Positions 21,935-32,331 of a stretch of 64,000 nucleotides of DNA are shown in pieces (the first letter of the stretch is position 1; each line of letters starts with the position of its first letter). A program made the position numbers and the translations under genes. The notes below the pieces were generated by a model, which saw nothing but the letters and a program-made list of their open reading frames with translations, did not search any database and had not been told where the DNA came from. Source of the DNA: Methanomassiliicoccaceae archaeon (lineage in GTDB: Archaea; Thermoplasmatota; Thermoplasmata; Methanomassiliicoccales; Methanomassiliicoccaceae); NCBI GenBank assembly GCA_040776945.1, contig JAXGZN010000001.1, positions 64,001 to 128,000 of the forward strand, given 5' to 3'.

Positions 21935-22451
21935 AACATCACCCGCAGCAAGCCAATATGATGCCCTACATGACGATCACGTTTAATTATGGTGCGATGG
22001 ATGTCATATCCCATTGCATAGGCGCCTCTCCCTGGCGGCCTGCTGGAAGCCTCCGTCCCAGGCCGCACCGAGGTCGGGCCATGAGGCGCTTTTTTGATCA
22101 TGCTCCCATTGAAAATGCTTTTTTCAATCTGAAAGAGCGGCCCGCGATCGTCCTTTCCCGTGCGCGTCCGGGCCCCTATCGTCCGGCGGCGTTATGGACC
22201 GCATGCGCCGTCGATGGTATCATGCCCGGGTATGGTTCCCTGTCACTGGAAGCAAAGAGCATGGTTCCGTTCATTGCCCTCACGGCCCCATGCTCCCGCG
22301 CTTATATCGGAGGTCTGTCGCGGAGCCCTCCGGTCCCGGTCACTCTGCCGTTCCGTCTCGGCCCGAGGCGGTCTTCGGGAGAATGGGCCGAAAGACCGCC
22401 GCCGTCCGGGTTCTGAGGCCGTACCGCTCAGGTCCTCGCAAGCCTTACCTA

Positions 22452-22979
22452 TCAGCATATATAACTGGCGCAGGACCGGTCGAAGCCTTTAACCAGTTCC
22501 ATGTTGAGGTCCTCGGGGGGTTCGGTGGGCACCGCGTAGGTTATCTGGGGGAAGAACTGCGAAATGTCCGTGGCCATTTTGGTAGCCAGGTGTTCCTTGC
22601 CGAACAGTCTTTCGCTGATCTCCAATGTCCGCTTCCTGGTCAGAGCCTCGTCCATATACCCGACTGTGTGTATGTACTCATGGAGCAGGATATGGAAGCA
22701 GTACGCCTTGTAGAGCTCTGGCCGCTCTCTCAGGATCTTGTTCATGGGTCCCTTGTTCATGACGATTATGTTCGTCGCGACGGGATAGAAGCCGCCTATC
22801 CACGAATCGGGGCGGCCGCCCAGTTCGGCTATGCCGAGCATAAGGCCGCCGCGGGACAGACCGAGCTGGGCGCTCACGGCATCCTTGACGATCTCGAAAA
22901 TGTCCGCCAGGTCCTTGGCCCTTTCCAGCCTGGCCGGATAATTTGAACTGGTAGTTGTTAACTGGTCGTTCACGACCAT
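22452..22979 (-). CDS. Small HEXXH zinc metallopeptidase-like protein
   Basis: FHILLHEYIHTVGYMDE motif. Confidence 0.75.
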   Translation of the reverse strand: MVVNDQLTTTSSNYPARLERAKDLADIFEIVKDAVSAQLGLSRGGLMLGIAELGGRPDSWIGGFYPVATNIIVMNKGPMNKILRERPELYKAYCFHILLHEYIHTVGYMDEALTRKRTLEISERLFGKEHLATKMATDISQFFPQITYAVPTEPPEDLNMELVKGFDRSCASYIC

Positions 22980-23059
22980 TTCTACATCGGCCCGCTACAT
23001 AAACGTTGCTCTTCTTCGCACCGAGATATCGTTATCTATCCGGAACCCATAGCGGTGGC

Positions 23060-23980
23060 GTGCGTAAGAACCTGCCCTTTCTGGCCATGGCGGGCATCTT
23101 CATTATAGTGCAGGTCTCCGCCGTCCTTCTGGCGCCGCTGTACATGCCGGAGCTGACGGCCTTTCCGGACCCCAGCTCTCCTGCCAATCCGTTCATCTAT
23201 GTCCTAATGGTGCTCATCCTCACCGCCATCATACTCATCCTTATCAAGTACGGAAGGCAGCGCATCGTGCAGGGGATCTTCTACGTCAGCATCTTCATCA
23301 CCATGCTGTACGTATTCCTGCCCGTCCTGTTCCAGGTGGACAGCGGGGGCTGGATCGCTTTGATCGCCTCGATAGGCCTGGCCGGAGGGCTCCTTTACCT
23401 TCTGGCAAAGAGCGGCGAGTGGTACATCATCGACGCCATTGGCCTTGTGGTGGGCATTGGCGTCACCGCCATCCTGGGGATGTCGCTGACGGTGCTGCCG
23501 GTGATCATCCTGCTCATCATAATGGCTGTGTACGACGCCATATCTGTTTACAAGACCAAGCATATGATAGCCCTTGCCGAGGGTGTCGCCCCCCTACGCC
23601 TGCCGGTCCTTTTTGTGGTGCCGAAGGAAAAGGGCTTCACCATGGAGAAGGTTGAGAAGCACGGGGTGCTCGTGAAAGAGGGGAAGGAGAGAGAGGCGTT
23701 CTTCATGGGAGTAGGGGACGCGGTGATACCTGGCCTGCTGGTGGTTTCCGCATCGATCTACCTGCCGGAGGCGGCGGCCCCGTTGATGACCGCGAACCTG
23801 TGGGCGGCGGCCGGCGCTCTCATCGGAGGACTCCTGGGATATGTCGTGCTGTTCAACCTGGTCGCGAAGGGGAACCCTCAAGCAGGCCTGCCGTTCCTCA
23901 ACAGCGGAGCGATACTGGGATATCTGGCCGCCTATGGGCTGGCCTACGGGTCCTTTGGCCTGGACATGCTGGGCCTGTGA
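23060..23980 (+). CDS. Presenilin/SPP-family intramembrane aspartyl protease
   Basis: Catalytic YD (AVYDAISV) and GxGD (MGVGD), PAL-like AGLPFL, about 9 TM. Confidence 0.92.
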   Translation: MRKNLPFLAMAGIFIIVQVSAVLLAPLYMPELTAFPDPSSPANPFIYVLMVLILTAIILILIKYGRQRIVQGIFYVSIFITMLYVFLPVLFQVDSGGWIALIASIGLAGGLLYLLAKSGEWYIIDAIGLVVGIGVTAILGMSLTVLPVIILLIIMAVYDAISVYKTKHMIALAEGVAPLRLPVLFVVPKEKGFTMEKVEKHGVLVKEGKEREAFFMGVGDAVIPGLLVVSASIYLPEAAAPLMTANLWAAAGALIGGLLGYVVLFNLVAKGNPQAGLPFLNSGAILGYLAAYGLAYGSFGLDMLGL

Positions 23981-24020
23981 AGGGTTTTTCAACCGGGAAC
24001 CTCATGGAGGAGCGATCGCG

Positions 24021-24668
24021 ATGAGGTTTCTGGTACTTTCGGACATCCACGGCCGGGAAAAGGTCTCTGTCTGGGCCAAGCGCTTGGCGGCAGAGCATAA
24101 AGCGGACGCCTACATCATACTGGGAGATATCACTCACTTCGGTCCGGGGTCATGGGCCGGGGAGTTCTTGTCCCATCTGGATCGCCCAGCGTATGCCATA
24201 CCCGGCAACTGCGACCCTCCGGAGCTGGTGTGCGAGGAGATAGAGAGGCACGCTACCTTGCTGCATAAGCGCAAGGTGGAGATCGGGAGCAGCACTTTCG
24301 TGGGACTTGGTGGCTCGAATCCGACCATCTTCGAGACCCCTTTCGAGCTCGAGGAGGAGGATATCGAGTCGGCCCTCCGGCCGCTGATGGGACCGGATGC
24401 GATAATGGTGCTGCATGCGCCGCCCAAGGGCATCAACGACCGGATCCCGACGGGGGCGAATGTGGGCAGTGAGGCCATCCTGCGATTGGTGAAGGAGTTC
24501 CGTCCTCGTGCTGTTCTCTCCGGCCATATACACGAGGCCCGCGGCATCGTGATGGATGGCGGAACCCTGTTCCTCAACCCGGGAGCTGCCAAGGATGGGA
24601 ACGCCGCTCTTCTGGACGTCAATGAGGAGATCAAGGCCGTCCTTCTGGAGGCTTCTGACACGGCCTGA
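24021..24668 (+). CDS. Icc-like metallophosphoesterase
   Basis: SDIHG, GDIT, PGNCD, HAPP, GHIHE motifs. Confidence 0.88.
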   Translation: MRFLVLSDIHGREKVSVWAKRLAAEHKADAYIILGDITHFGPGSWAGEFLSHLDRPAYAIPGNCDPPELVCEEIERHATLLHKRKVEIGSSTFVGLGGSNPTIFETPFELEEEDIESALRPLMGPDAIMVLHAPPKGINDRIPTGANVGSEAILRLVKEFRPRAVLSGHIHEARGIVMDGGTLFLNPGAAKDGNAALLDVNEEIKAVLLEASDTA

Positions 24669-24790
24669 GAGACGGCGGCCAGCCGGAGGTTCGGAGAGAG
24701 CGCCGCTCTGAAGGAACAACGATAAATACGGCCGTTCTGTCAATGACCTTCATGTTCTCGTTCCTTATCCCCCGGTCCGAGGTCGTGGAT

Positions 24791-25345
24791 ATGTGCTCGA
24801 GCAGCCCCCGGAACGTTCAGCTTGACGTACTTACCGGCCTGCCGGACATCGTCCAGAGCACCGACTACTCCTGCGGCCCGGCCTGTCTCCAGGCGGTGCT
24901 TTCGTACTACGGTGAGGAGATCTGCGAGAAGGAGCTTATGGAACGGATGAGGACCGCTCCTCACAATGGGACCGACCCTGAGGACATCGTGCGGGTCGCC
25001 AGGGAACTTGGCTTCAACGCGGCGATGAGGACGGACCTTGAGATAGGGGATCTCGCCGCATCGGTAAGAATTGGCGCCCCGGTGATCATTGCTGCCCAGG
25101 CCTGGGCTGGGGAGCGCCCGCCCAGCGCCCCGTGGGCGGATGAATGGGAACATGGTCATTACATGGTCGTCATCGGTGTGCACGACGGCCTGGTCTATCT
25201 CGAGGACCCCGCAACGAAAGAGCATATTGGGGTTCTGCCGGTCGAGGAGCTTAACGATCGCTGGCACAACTATATTGGAGAGTCCCATGACCATCCTCAG
25301 GCCGAAAGGGTACGAGGTTTGGGCATATTCATAACCAAGCGCTGA
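24791..25345 (+). CDS. Stand-alone C39-family cysteine peptidase
   Basis: QSTDYSCGPACL, GHYMVVIG and YLEDP give a Cys-His-Asp triad. Start uncertain (24743 or 24791). Confidence 0.85.
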   Translation: MCSSSPRNVQLDVLTGLPDIVQSTDYSCGPACLQAVLSYYGEEICEKELMERMRTAPHNGTDPEDIVRVARELGFNAAMRTDLEIGDLAASVRIGAPVIIAAQAWAGERPPSAPWADEWEHGHYMVVIGVHDGLVYLEDPATKEHIGVLPVEELNDRWHNYIGESHDHPQAERVRGLGIFITKR

Positions 25346-25442
25346 CCTCTCATTGGGCAGATCTGGACGTTGAGCGTCGCATCTAGGGCGCCAGAGAACA
25401 AAACCTTTTATATGACCTTTATTTTAGTGGCAGAGGATTAGA

Positions 25443-25826
25443 ATGGCATTATGGCAGGGCAGATCGAAGCGGAAGCCGACCGGTGGCCGCTTGGTGCAGA
25501 ACAGAAAGAAGAGGCGCTACGAGATCGGGCGCGAGCCCCTACTGACCAACCTCGGCGAGGAGAGCCTCAGGCAGTACCGCACCATGGGTGGCAACACCAA
25601 GGTCAAGATGCTTAGCGCCGCCTATGCCAACGTCGTGGACCCCAAGACGAACCAGGTCAAGAGGGTCAAGATAACCAGAGTAACGGTGAACCCGGCCAAT
25701 CCGAACTATGTTCAGCGCAATATCGTGAACCGCGGAGCCACCATCCAGACCGATCTGGGGCCTGCCCGCATCACCTCTCGGCCCGGACAGGACGGCACCG
25801 TCAACGCAGTCCTTCTCACCGAGTGA
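25443..25826 (+). CDS. rps8e: 30S ribosomal protein S8e
   Basis: WQGRSKRKPTGG...TSRPGQDGTVNAVL. Confidence 0.97.
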   Translation: MALWQGRSKRKPTGGRLVQNRKKRRYEIGREPLLTNLGEESLRQYRTMGGNTKVKMLSAAYANVVDPKTNQVKRVKITRVTVNPANPNYVQRNIVNRGATIQTDLGPARITSRPGQDGTVNAVLLTE

Positions 25827-25863
25827 GGCCAAACCATTTATCCCTCTTGAGGAATGACCGACC

Positions 25864-26163
25864 ATGGTCTTCGACGCGGACAAGGCGTGGGTCCTATGGC
25901 CGGAGTATTTTGATAGCTCTCGCACAAGAGCTGAGGGGCGCAGGGTGGCCAAGCATCTGGCGATACCGGAACCTCAGATGTCGATGATCATCAAGGCGGT
26001 AGAGAAGCTGGGCCTTGAATGGAAGCTCGAAGAGGGCAAGGCCTACCCTGGAGCGTGGTGGAACAAGCAGGGCCTCTTGCTTGTTGAGAACAACATGCCC
26101 AAGACCAAACTGCTGCCCAAGGTCGCCGAGGCTCTGCGCAAGATGCCAAGACCACAGGCCTAA
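25864..26163 (+). CDS. srp19: SRP19
   Basis: LWPEYFDSSRTRAEGRRV and KAYP motifs. Confidence 0.93.
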   Translation: MVFDADKAWVLWPEYFDSSRTRAEGRRVAKHLAIPEPQMSMIIKAVEKLGLEWKLEEGKAYPGAWWNKQGLLLVENNMPKTKLLPKVAEALRKMPRPQA

Positions 26164-26220
26164 GGGCGAGCAGAGAGGCTTGTACCATATCCTTGACCGT
26201 ATTCTCTCAATGAGGCCAGG

Positions 26221-26511
26221 TCAGCGGTCCTGAAGGGTCTCTACTTCCTCTACCAGCCGCTTTCCTGCGGAAACACTGTCCACAGAGTGGATGACCGCTC
26301 CCGCCTCGGTTATCGAGGCTTCAACGTCATAGAAGACGATGGAGTTGCCCTCGATCGTGATCTTCACGGTCTCGGTGTCCTGGTCCACCTCGACGATGGT
26401 TATGTTCACTCCCGAAATGCCCTGCAGAACGCTTAGGCGCTGAGATAGCTCCACGATCCCGGGATGATGCGGCTTGAGAACGTCCAAAACTACCCGCTTG
26501 ATATCGCTCAC
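26221..26511 (-). CDS. DUF211 family protein
   Basis: [12 protein letters not shown]...[10 protein letters not shown]. Confidence 0.88.
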   Translation of the reverse strand: MSDIKRVVLDVLKPHHPGIVELSQRLSVLQGISGVNITIVEVDQDTETVKITIEGNSIVFYDVEASITEAGAVIHSVDSVSAGKRLVEEVETLQDR

Positions 26512-26668
26512 TTACTGTTCACTTATCCGGATTTTTGAATGATATTCCAGTATTAAATGGTAGCCCCTTCATGAGGCCAGCGCCTTGAGGGAGGGAAGTA
26601 TGTCGCCAAAGCTCCGCAAGAGGCGGCCAAGGCCAAATTTTAACTGCCTTTGCATCATACTCCGTTTT

Positions 26669-28102
26669 ATGCTCCCCTTTCTTGAGGTGCGGGTGCTGGA
26701 TATCAATTCCGAGCGGTTCGGAGTGCCAATAGATGCGCTCATGGAGAACGCTGGCGAGGCCGTGGCCGAGGTCATTGCCAATGAGGTTGGTACTGGCAAG
26801 AGGATCGCTGTCGTATGCGGGGTCGGCAATAACGCCGGCGATGGGTTCGTAGCGGCCCGCAATCTCATGCGGCACAACGACGTGACCGTTCTGCTGGCAA
26901 ATCCTCCGGGAGATATACGGACCGATGCAGCGAGGCGAGCGTTCGAGAGGGTGAAGCACATATCGTCATCCTCCGTGGGTGTGAACTTCTCACGGTTCGA
27001 CATCGTAGTGGATGCTCTTTTGGGCACCGGGACGACCAAGGACGTGCGTGAGCCGTATCGATCCCTGATAGGCCGGATCAATGATTCGGGCACCCTGGTG
27101 GTGGCCGTTGACGTGCCCTCGGGACTGGGGACGGACATCCAGATCAAGGCCGACATCACGGTCACCTTTACCGATGTTAAGGAGGGCATGACCGTTGATA
27201 ATTCCGGCCGCGTCGTGGTCAAGGACATCGGGGTCCCGGCCGATGCCAAGAAGTTCGTTGGTCCAGGAGAATATGTCTATTATCCAGTAAGAGAGAGGGA
27301 TTCCCATAAGGGAGAGAATGGCAAGCTGCTCATAGTTGGAGGGGGTCCGTTCACCGGTGCCCCCGCCCTTGCCGGCCTAGCGGCATACCGCATGGGAGTG
27401 GACCTTGTGAACATCGCCACCCCGTGGATGTCCTATGGACCGATTGCCTCTTTCTCTCCGAACCTTATCGTGCATCGCCTTGCAGGAGACGTGCTGGGGC
27501 CAGAGGACGTCCCGGCCGTCCTGAAGCTAATGGAGAACGCCGACGCCCTCCTGATCGGCCCCGGCCTGGGCATCGAGGAAAGGACGCAGGCCGCGGTCAG
27601 AGAGATAGTCAGCGCGTGCCAGCTCCCGCTGGTGGTCGATGCTGACGGCATCACTGCCGTCTCGGCTGACCTCTCGGTCCTGAAGGGCAAGAGATGCGTC
27701 ATCACGCCCCATTCCCGAGAGTACCGTTCATTGACCGGTAAGGACCTTCCCAAGGACATCGACGCCCGAATGGCAGACGTTGCCGCCAGTTCCCGTGAAC
27801 TGGGCGTGGTACTGTTGGTCAAAGGGATGATCGATGTGGTCTCCGACGGCTTTTGGACCAAGCTAAATCAGACCGGCAACCCCGGGATGAGCGTCGGGGG
27901 CACCGGGGACACTCTCGCCGGGGAGGTCGCCGCCCTAATGTCCAAGAACGTGACGCCGTTCAATGCCGCGCGCATAGCGGCGTTCTCCAACGGCGCCGCG
28001 GGAGACCTGGCATTCGACCGCAACGGCTACGGCCTAATGGCCACGGATGTGATCGACAATCTGCCGGAAGTGCTGCGAAGGAGCCTTAAAAAGACCCAAT
28101 GA
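26669..28102 (+). CDS. nnr: Bifunctional NAD(P)HX epimerase/dehydratase (NnrE-NnrD)
   Basis: LMENAG, GNNAGDG, DALLGTG, DVPSG, SHKGENG, TPH, GGTGDTLAG. Confidence 0.93.
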   Translation: MLPFLEVRVLDINSERFGVPIDALMENAGEAVAEVIANEVGTGKRIAVVCGVGNNAGDGFVAARNLMRHNDVTVLLANPPGDIRTDAARRAFERVKHISSSSVGVNFSRFDIVVDALLGTGTTKDVREPYRSLIGRINDSGTLVVAVDVPSGLGTDIQIKADITVTFTDVKEGMTVDNSGRVVVKDIGVPADAKKFVGPGEYVYYPVRERDSHKGENGKLLIVGGGPFTGAPALAGLAAYRMGVDLVNIATPWMSYGPIASFSPNLIVHRLAGDVLGPEDVPAVLKLMENADALLIGPGLGIEERTQAAVREIVSACQLPLVVDADGITAVSADLSVLKGKRCVITPHSREYRSLTGKDLPKDIDARMADVAASSRELGVVLLVKGMIDVVSDGFWTKLNQTGNPGMSVGGTGDTLAGEVAALMSKNVTPFNAARIAAFSNGAAGDLAFDRNGYGLMATDVIDNLPEVLRRSLKKTQ

Positions 28103-28141
28103 GAACATCCCTCCCGTGGGCTGCAAAAAAGATGGATCGCC

Positions 28142-28819
28142 ATGAAGTTGGCCCTTGTCTCTGATGTTCATGCCAACGTCGTCGCCCTCAGGGCAGTGTT
28201 GGAGAACATGGACCAGCGAGGTGCGGATGTTGTCCTGAGCGCGGGGGATGTGATAGGTTACTATCCGTACCCAGTGGAGACGATCGCCCTGTTCCGAGAA
28301 CGCCGCATCATCTCCATCCAGGGCAACCACGATCGTGCAGTGCTCACTGCTGGAGATATCCACTTCAACCTGGCGGCGGCCAGCGCGATCATGTGGACCG
28401 CTGAGCATATCGATCAGGCCTCTCGAGATTTCTTGAGGGGGCTGCCGCGAAGCCTGCACATCGAACGCGATGGGGTTCGAGTGGCCATATATCATGGTGC
28501 TCCCTTTGATGATGACCACTATGTGTTCGAGGACGAGGTCGACAAAGAGCTGCTGGATTTGGCGAGATGCGACCTTCTGGTTCTGGGGCATACCCATGTG
28601 CCTTATATCCGACGGTATGCTTCGGGAACGATAGTCAATCCCGGCTCGGTAGGACAGCCTCGAGATGGCGACCCTGATGCATGTTACGCTATCTTCGACA
28701 CCGATAGGCGGAGGGCTACCCTTCATAGGGTCGCTTATGACCTTGATGAGGTCATGGAACGAACGCTCAGTGTTGGGCTCCCGCGCTCCCTGGCCGGGCG
28801 GCTTAGGCATGGTCATTGA
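28142..28819 (+). CDS. Metallophosphoesterase (YfcE-like)
   Basis: SDVHAN, GDVIGY, GNHD, GHTH, NPGSVGQPRDG. Confidence 0.9.
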   Translation: MKLALVSDVHANVVALRAVLENMDQRGADVVLSAGDVIGYYPYPVETIALFRERRIISIQGNHDRAVLTAGDIHFNLAAASAIMWTAEHIDQASRDFLRGLPRSLHIERDGVRVAIYHGAPFDDDHYVFEDEVDKELLDLARCDLLVLGHTHVPYIRRYASGTIVNPGSVGQPRDGDPDACYAIFDTDRRRATLHRVAYDLDEVMERTLSVGLPRSLAGRLRHGH

Positions 28820-28870
28820 GCGATAGGGGAGGGCAAACCTTTATCCAACGCCTCTCTTTGTAAAAGGACC

Positions 28871-29668
28871 ATGGCCGACATCCTACCGGTCCCTGATCAT
28901 CTTGCGCTTGAGATAATAGGCGACGAGAGGACCATATGCGTAGGGGACCTGCACATTGGCCTGGAGTCGGAGATGCGGACCAAGGGCATCCATGTGCCCT
29001 CAAGAACGCATCATATGGAAAGGGAACTCGTCGCGCTCAGCGAGGGCAGGGACCGCCTTGTGCTCCTTGGGGACATCAAGAACAAGGTGCCTGGATCCAC
29101 TCATCAGGAATATGCTGAGCTCCCCGGGTTCTTCCGCTCACTGAAGCGACACTTTTCAGCAGTGGACCTGGTGCGGGGGAATCATGACACGAACATCGAG
29201 GAGTTTCTACCGGAAGGGGTGAACGTTTATCCTTCCACGGGGTTCCGCATCGAGGATGTGGGCCTCGCGCACGGACATACGTGGCCGTCCCCCAATGTTA
29301 TGGCCTCCCGGACGCTCATAATCGGCCACAACCATCCCACGATCGCTCTGGAGGATTCATTGGGCAATATCAGCAAGGAGCCCTGCTGGGTTCGTTTCCA
29401 GATATCGGGGGTCTCCATGAAGAGATACATGGAGGTCCCGGAGGAGATCATAATGGTGCCGGCATTCAATCGCGGCCTGGGCGGATCTCCGGTGAACTTG
29501 GAAAGAGGCAGGCTGCTGGGCCCCTTGTTCTCTGAGGGGTCGATCGACGTTAGTCAAGGCAAGGTCTACCTTGCCGACGGCATCTATCTGGGGACCATCG
29601 GCAGCTTGATGGTTAGGAGCACCGCTAGAGTGCGGACGCTCCCTCAACGGTCAAGACCGCACTATTGA
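28871..29668 (+). CDS. Calcineurin-like phosphoesterase
   Basis: GDLHIGLE, LGDIK, GNHD, HGH, GHNHP, PAFN. Confidence 0.88.
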   Translation: MADILPVPDHLALEIIGDERTICVGDLHIGLESEMRTKGIHVPSRTHHMERELVALSEGRDRLVLLGDIKNKVPGSTHQEYAELPGFFRSLKRHFSAVDLVRGNHDTNIEEFLPEGVNVYPSTGFRIEDVGLAHGHTWPSPNVMASRTLIIGHNHPTIALEDSLGNISKEPCWVRFQISGVSMKRYMEVPEEIIMVPAFNRGLGGSPVNLERGRLLGPLFSEGSIDVSQGKVYLADGIYLGTIGSLMVRSTARVRTLPQRSRPHY

Positions 29669-29796
29669 ACGGGCGTTCCATGCAGCGCTGTCGTTCCGAT
29701 AGACGGCATTGTGCGGGCCATCATCACGTCGCCAAGTCCTCAGCGCCAATGCTAAGGGTTGAAATATGAAAAAATAAAAGGGTTGGAGAAAGGCGT

Positions 29797-31311
29797 TTAG
29801 TAGTTCTTTATTTCCTGGTAGATGGACCCGTCGGGGTTCCTGATTACCGCTCTGAGGGGCATCTGCCCAGGCAGAGTGTGGGTGGCGCAGGAGTTGCAGG
29901 GGTCGTACGCCCTGTACGCCATCTCGATCTCGTTCAGGATGCCGTTGGAGATCTGCCAGTTCTTGATCAGTGCCTTCGCCGCTCTTCTGACGGACAGGTT
30001 GATCGGGGCGTTGTTGTTGGTCGTTCCGACGATCAGGTTCACATCGGTGGTTATGCCGTTCTTGTCCGCCACATAGTGGTGGATGAGAGTGCCCCTTGGG
30101 GCCTCCAGGGCGCCGATGCCTTCCCCAGGCTCCCCTGGCCGGGTCTGGATATCCTTGCTGGTGATCTCCGGGTCCTGCGACAGCTGGAGCATCAGCTCGG
30201 CCGCGTGGACCATCTCGATGACCCTGGCCCAGTGGAAGACCATGGTGTGGTGTACCGGTCCGGTGACGCCAAGTCCCTTGAAGAACTCCCTCATCTGCTG
30301 GTAGTAATCGTTAGCCAGCGGCGTAGTGAAGCCGGTCGAGGCGTTGATCCTGGCCAGCGGAGCGCATCTGTAAATGCCGCTCTGAGGTCCGTCGGAGAAC
30401 CCGTTCCAGCCGACCTTCTTCAGGAAGCAGAACTTCTGGTAGGACCAGGGCTCAACATGCTCCCCAATGTAGTCCAGGTACTTCTGGGGGTCGAACTTCC
30501 ACATCTCGTTGCCCTTCTGGTCGACGACCCTGATGTCGCCGTCGTAGAAGTTCACCTTGTTGTTCTTGTCCACCATGCCCATGTAGTACGTTTCATCGTA
30601 GTAGATGCCGGGGTTGGTGATCAGAGCGAGATAGTCCTGGTTCTTCAACACTATATCGTTCAGCAGTTGGGCGGTGAACTTGGTGAACTCCACGGTGGAC
30701 TTGGCCCAGGTCTCGATCTGCGCCCTCTGTTCCTCGGTGATCGGCTTGCTCATGCCGCCGGGTATCCCGCACACGGGGTGGGTGGCCTTGCCGCCCATCA
30801 TCTCCTGGGTCTTCTGGGCCCAGGAGCGGTGCTTGATGACCTCGGCTCCGATGGGCACACCTACCTTCTCAACGACGCCCAGGATGTTCCTCTTCTCCAC
30901 CGGGGCCATAGGGCCGAGCACGAAGTCGGCGGCCGCCAGGGCGTAGAAGTGAGCGATGTGGCTGTGCACGTAGTGAGCGGCATAGAAGAGCTCACGGAGC
31001 TTCTTCCCCGCAGGTGGGGGCTCTGCTTTGAACACCTTGTCGAGCGCCTTGGTCGAGCACATGTGGTGAGCGCCGGGACACACTCCGCACAGACGGGGGG
31101 TGATCTTGTTCAGCTCATCGACTGAGCGGCCGATGCAGAACTTCTCGAATCCCCTGAGCTCGGGAACCTGCCAATATGCGTTCGCCACATTGCCCTCGTC
31201 GTTAAGGAAGATCTCGATCTTCCCGTGACCCTCAAGCCTTGTGATGGGGTCGATGGTGATCCTCTTGGACTCGGACTTGTGGGTCGGTTCAGAAATTATT
31301 GGACCGGTCAT
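29797..31311 (-). CDS. mvhA: F420-non-reducing [NiFe] hydrogenase large subunit
   Basis: TRLEGH, RLCGVC (L1), EAPRG, DPCNSCATH (L2, with Cys rather than Sec), cleavable tail. Confidence 0.95.
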   Translation of the reverse strand: MTGPIISEPTHKSESKRITIDPITRLEGHGKIEIFLNDEGNVANAYWQVPELRGFEKFCIGRSVDELNKITPRLCGVCPGAHHMCSTKALDKVFKAEPPPAGKKLRELFYAAHYVHSHIAHFYALAAADFVLGPMAPVEKRNILGVVEKVGVPIGAEVIKHRSWAQKTQEMMGGKATHPVCGIPGGMSKPITEEQRAQIETWAKSTVEFTKFTAQLLNDIVLKNQDYLALITNPGIYYDETYYMGMVDKNNKVNFYDGDIRVVDQKGNEMWKFDPQKYLDYIGEHVEPWSYQKFCFLKKVGWNGFSDGPQSGIYRCAPLARINASTGFTTPLANDYYQQMREFFKGLGVTGPVHHTMVFHWARVIEMVHAAELMLQLSQDPEITSKDIQTRPGEPGEGIGALEAPRGTLIHHYVADKNGITTDVNLIVGTTNNNAPINLSVRRAAKALIKNWQISNGILNEIEMAYRAYDPCNSCATHTLPGQMPLRAVIRNPDGSIYQEIKNY

Positions 31312-32318
31312 TGCTTAACACCTGCCTTCTTCTCCTTCACTTTCCTCTTGATGATCGACTTGGGCATGGTGAACGCATAGAACGTTCCCAGCGGGTCCTT
31401 GATCTGCGTCATCAGCTCGAGGATGTCGTCCTCGCTGAGCTGGGTCTCGTTGTCCGCGGTCCTGAAGATAGATGCCAGGGCGCTCAGCATCGAACCTCCC
31501 TGGTCTAGGACGGCCGCGGTCGGGCCCATGCACCCGCGGCATGGCTGATTCGCATCAAGGCACTTCGCTCCGCACCCGGCCCGGGTGGCCGGTCCGAGGC
31601 AGATGACCCCTTGCTCCAGCATGCACTTCTTCGGGTCGATGTCGATCTCGTAGGGCATGTTGATCTTCTCTATGGTGGTGACCTCCTTGGTCCTGCCGCA
31701 CTCATCGCAAAGGGTCTTCTCAGAAGCGATCACAGCGCCCTTGGGGGGCAGAGGGGCTCCTTCCTTGACGTGCTTCTCCACGATGTCCAGGAACTGATTG
31801 ATCTGTTCGGTGGTGGGCGGGCAGCCGGGCATGTAGTAGTCTACATCGACGACGTCCTCGAGGGTGAGAACGGTATCGTACATGACCGGCAGCGTCAGCT
31901 CGCCCTCGGGGGCCTGGTATTTGGGCAGAGGCCGGGTGCGGTTCGGGTTGACGGTCGAGAACGTCGTGTTGTAGACATAGTCCTGGAGGTCCTTCTTGTT
32001 GGTCACGTTCGCAAGCCCAGGAATGCCTCCGAAGCAAGCGCAGGAGCCGAAGGAGACCATGATGGCCGACTTCTGGCGGAGCAGCTTGGCCACGTGCTCG
32101 TTCTCGCTGTTCCTGACAGCGCCGTTGTAGAGCGTCAGTGTGATGCTCTTGTCAGGCATCGCCTCGACGTCCTTCAATTTCGTATCTACCGCTATGGGCC
32201 AGAACGCAATATCGGCCATCTCCGCGACCCCCAGGATCTTCTCGTCGATATCCAGGAGGGCCACGTCGCAACCTCCGCAGCCGGCGCCCCAATACTGTGC
32301 TATCTTGACTTTTGCCAT
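31308..32318 (-). CDS. mvhG: F420-non-reducing hydrogenase small subunit
   Basis: GCGGC, GSCACFGG, PGCPP, CLGPATRAGC, PCRGC. Confidence 0.95.
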   Translation of the reverse strand: MAKVKIAQYWGAGCGGCDVALLDIDEKILGVAEMADIAFWPIAVDTKLKDVEAMPDKSITLTLYNGAVRNSENEHVAKLLRQKSAIMVSFGSCACFGGIPGLANVTNKKDLQDYVYNTTFSTVNPNRTRPLPKYQAPEGELTLPVMYDTVLTLEDVVDVDYYMPGCPPTTEQINQFLDIVEKHVKEGAPLPPKGAVIASEKTLCDECGRTKEVTTIEKINMPYEIDIDPKKCMLEQGVICLGPATRAGCGAKCLDANQPCRGCMGPTAAVLDQGGSMLSALASIFRTADNETQLSEDDILELMTQIKDPLGTFYAFTMPKSIIKRKVKEKKAGVKQ

Positions 32319-32331
32319 GTTCTGTTCCTCC

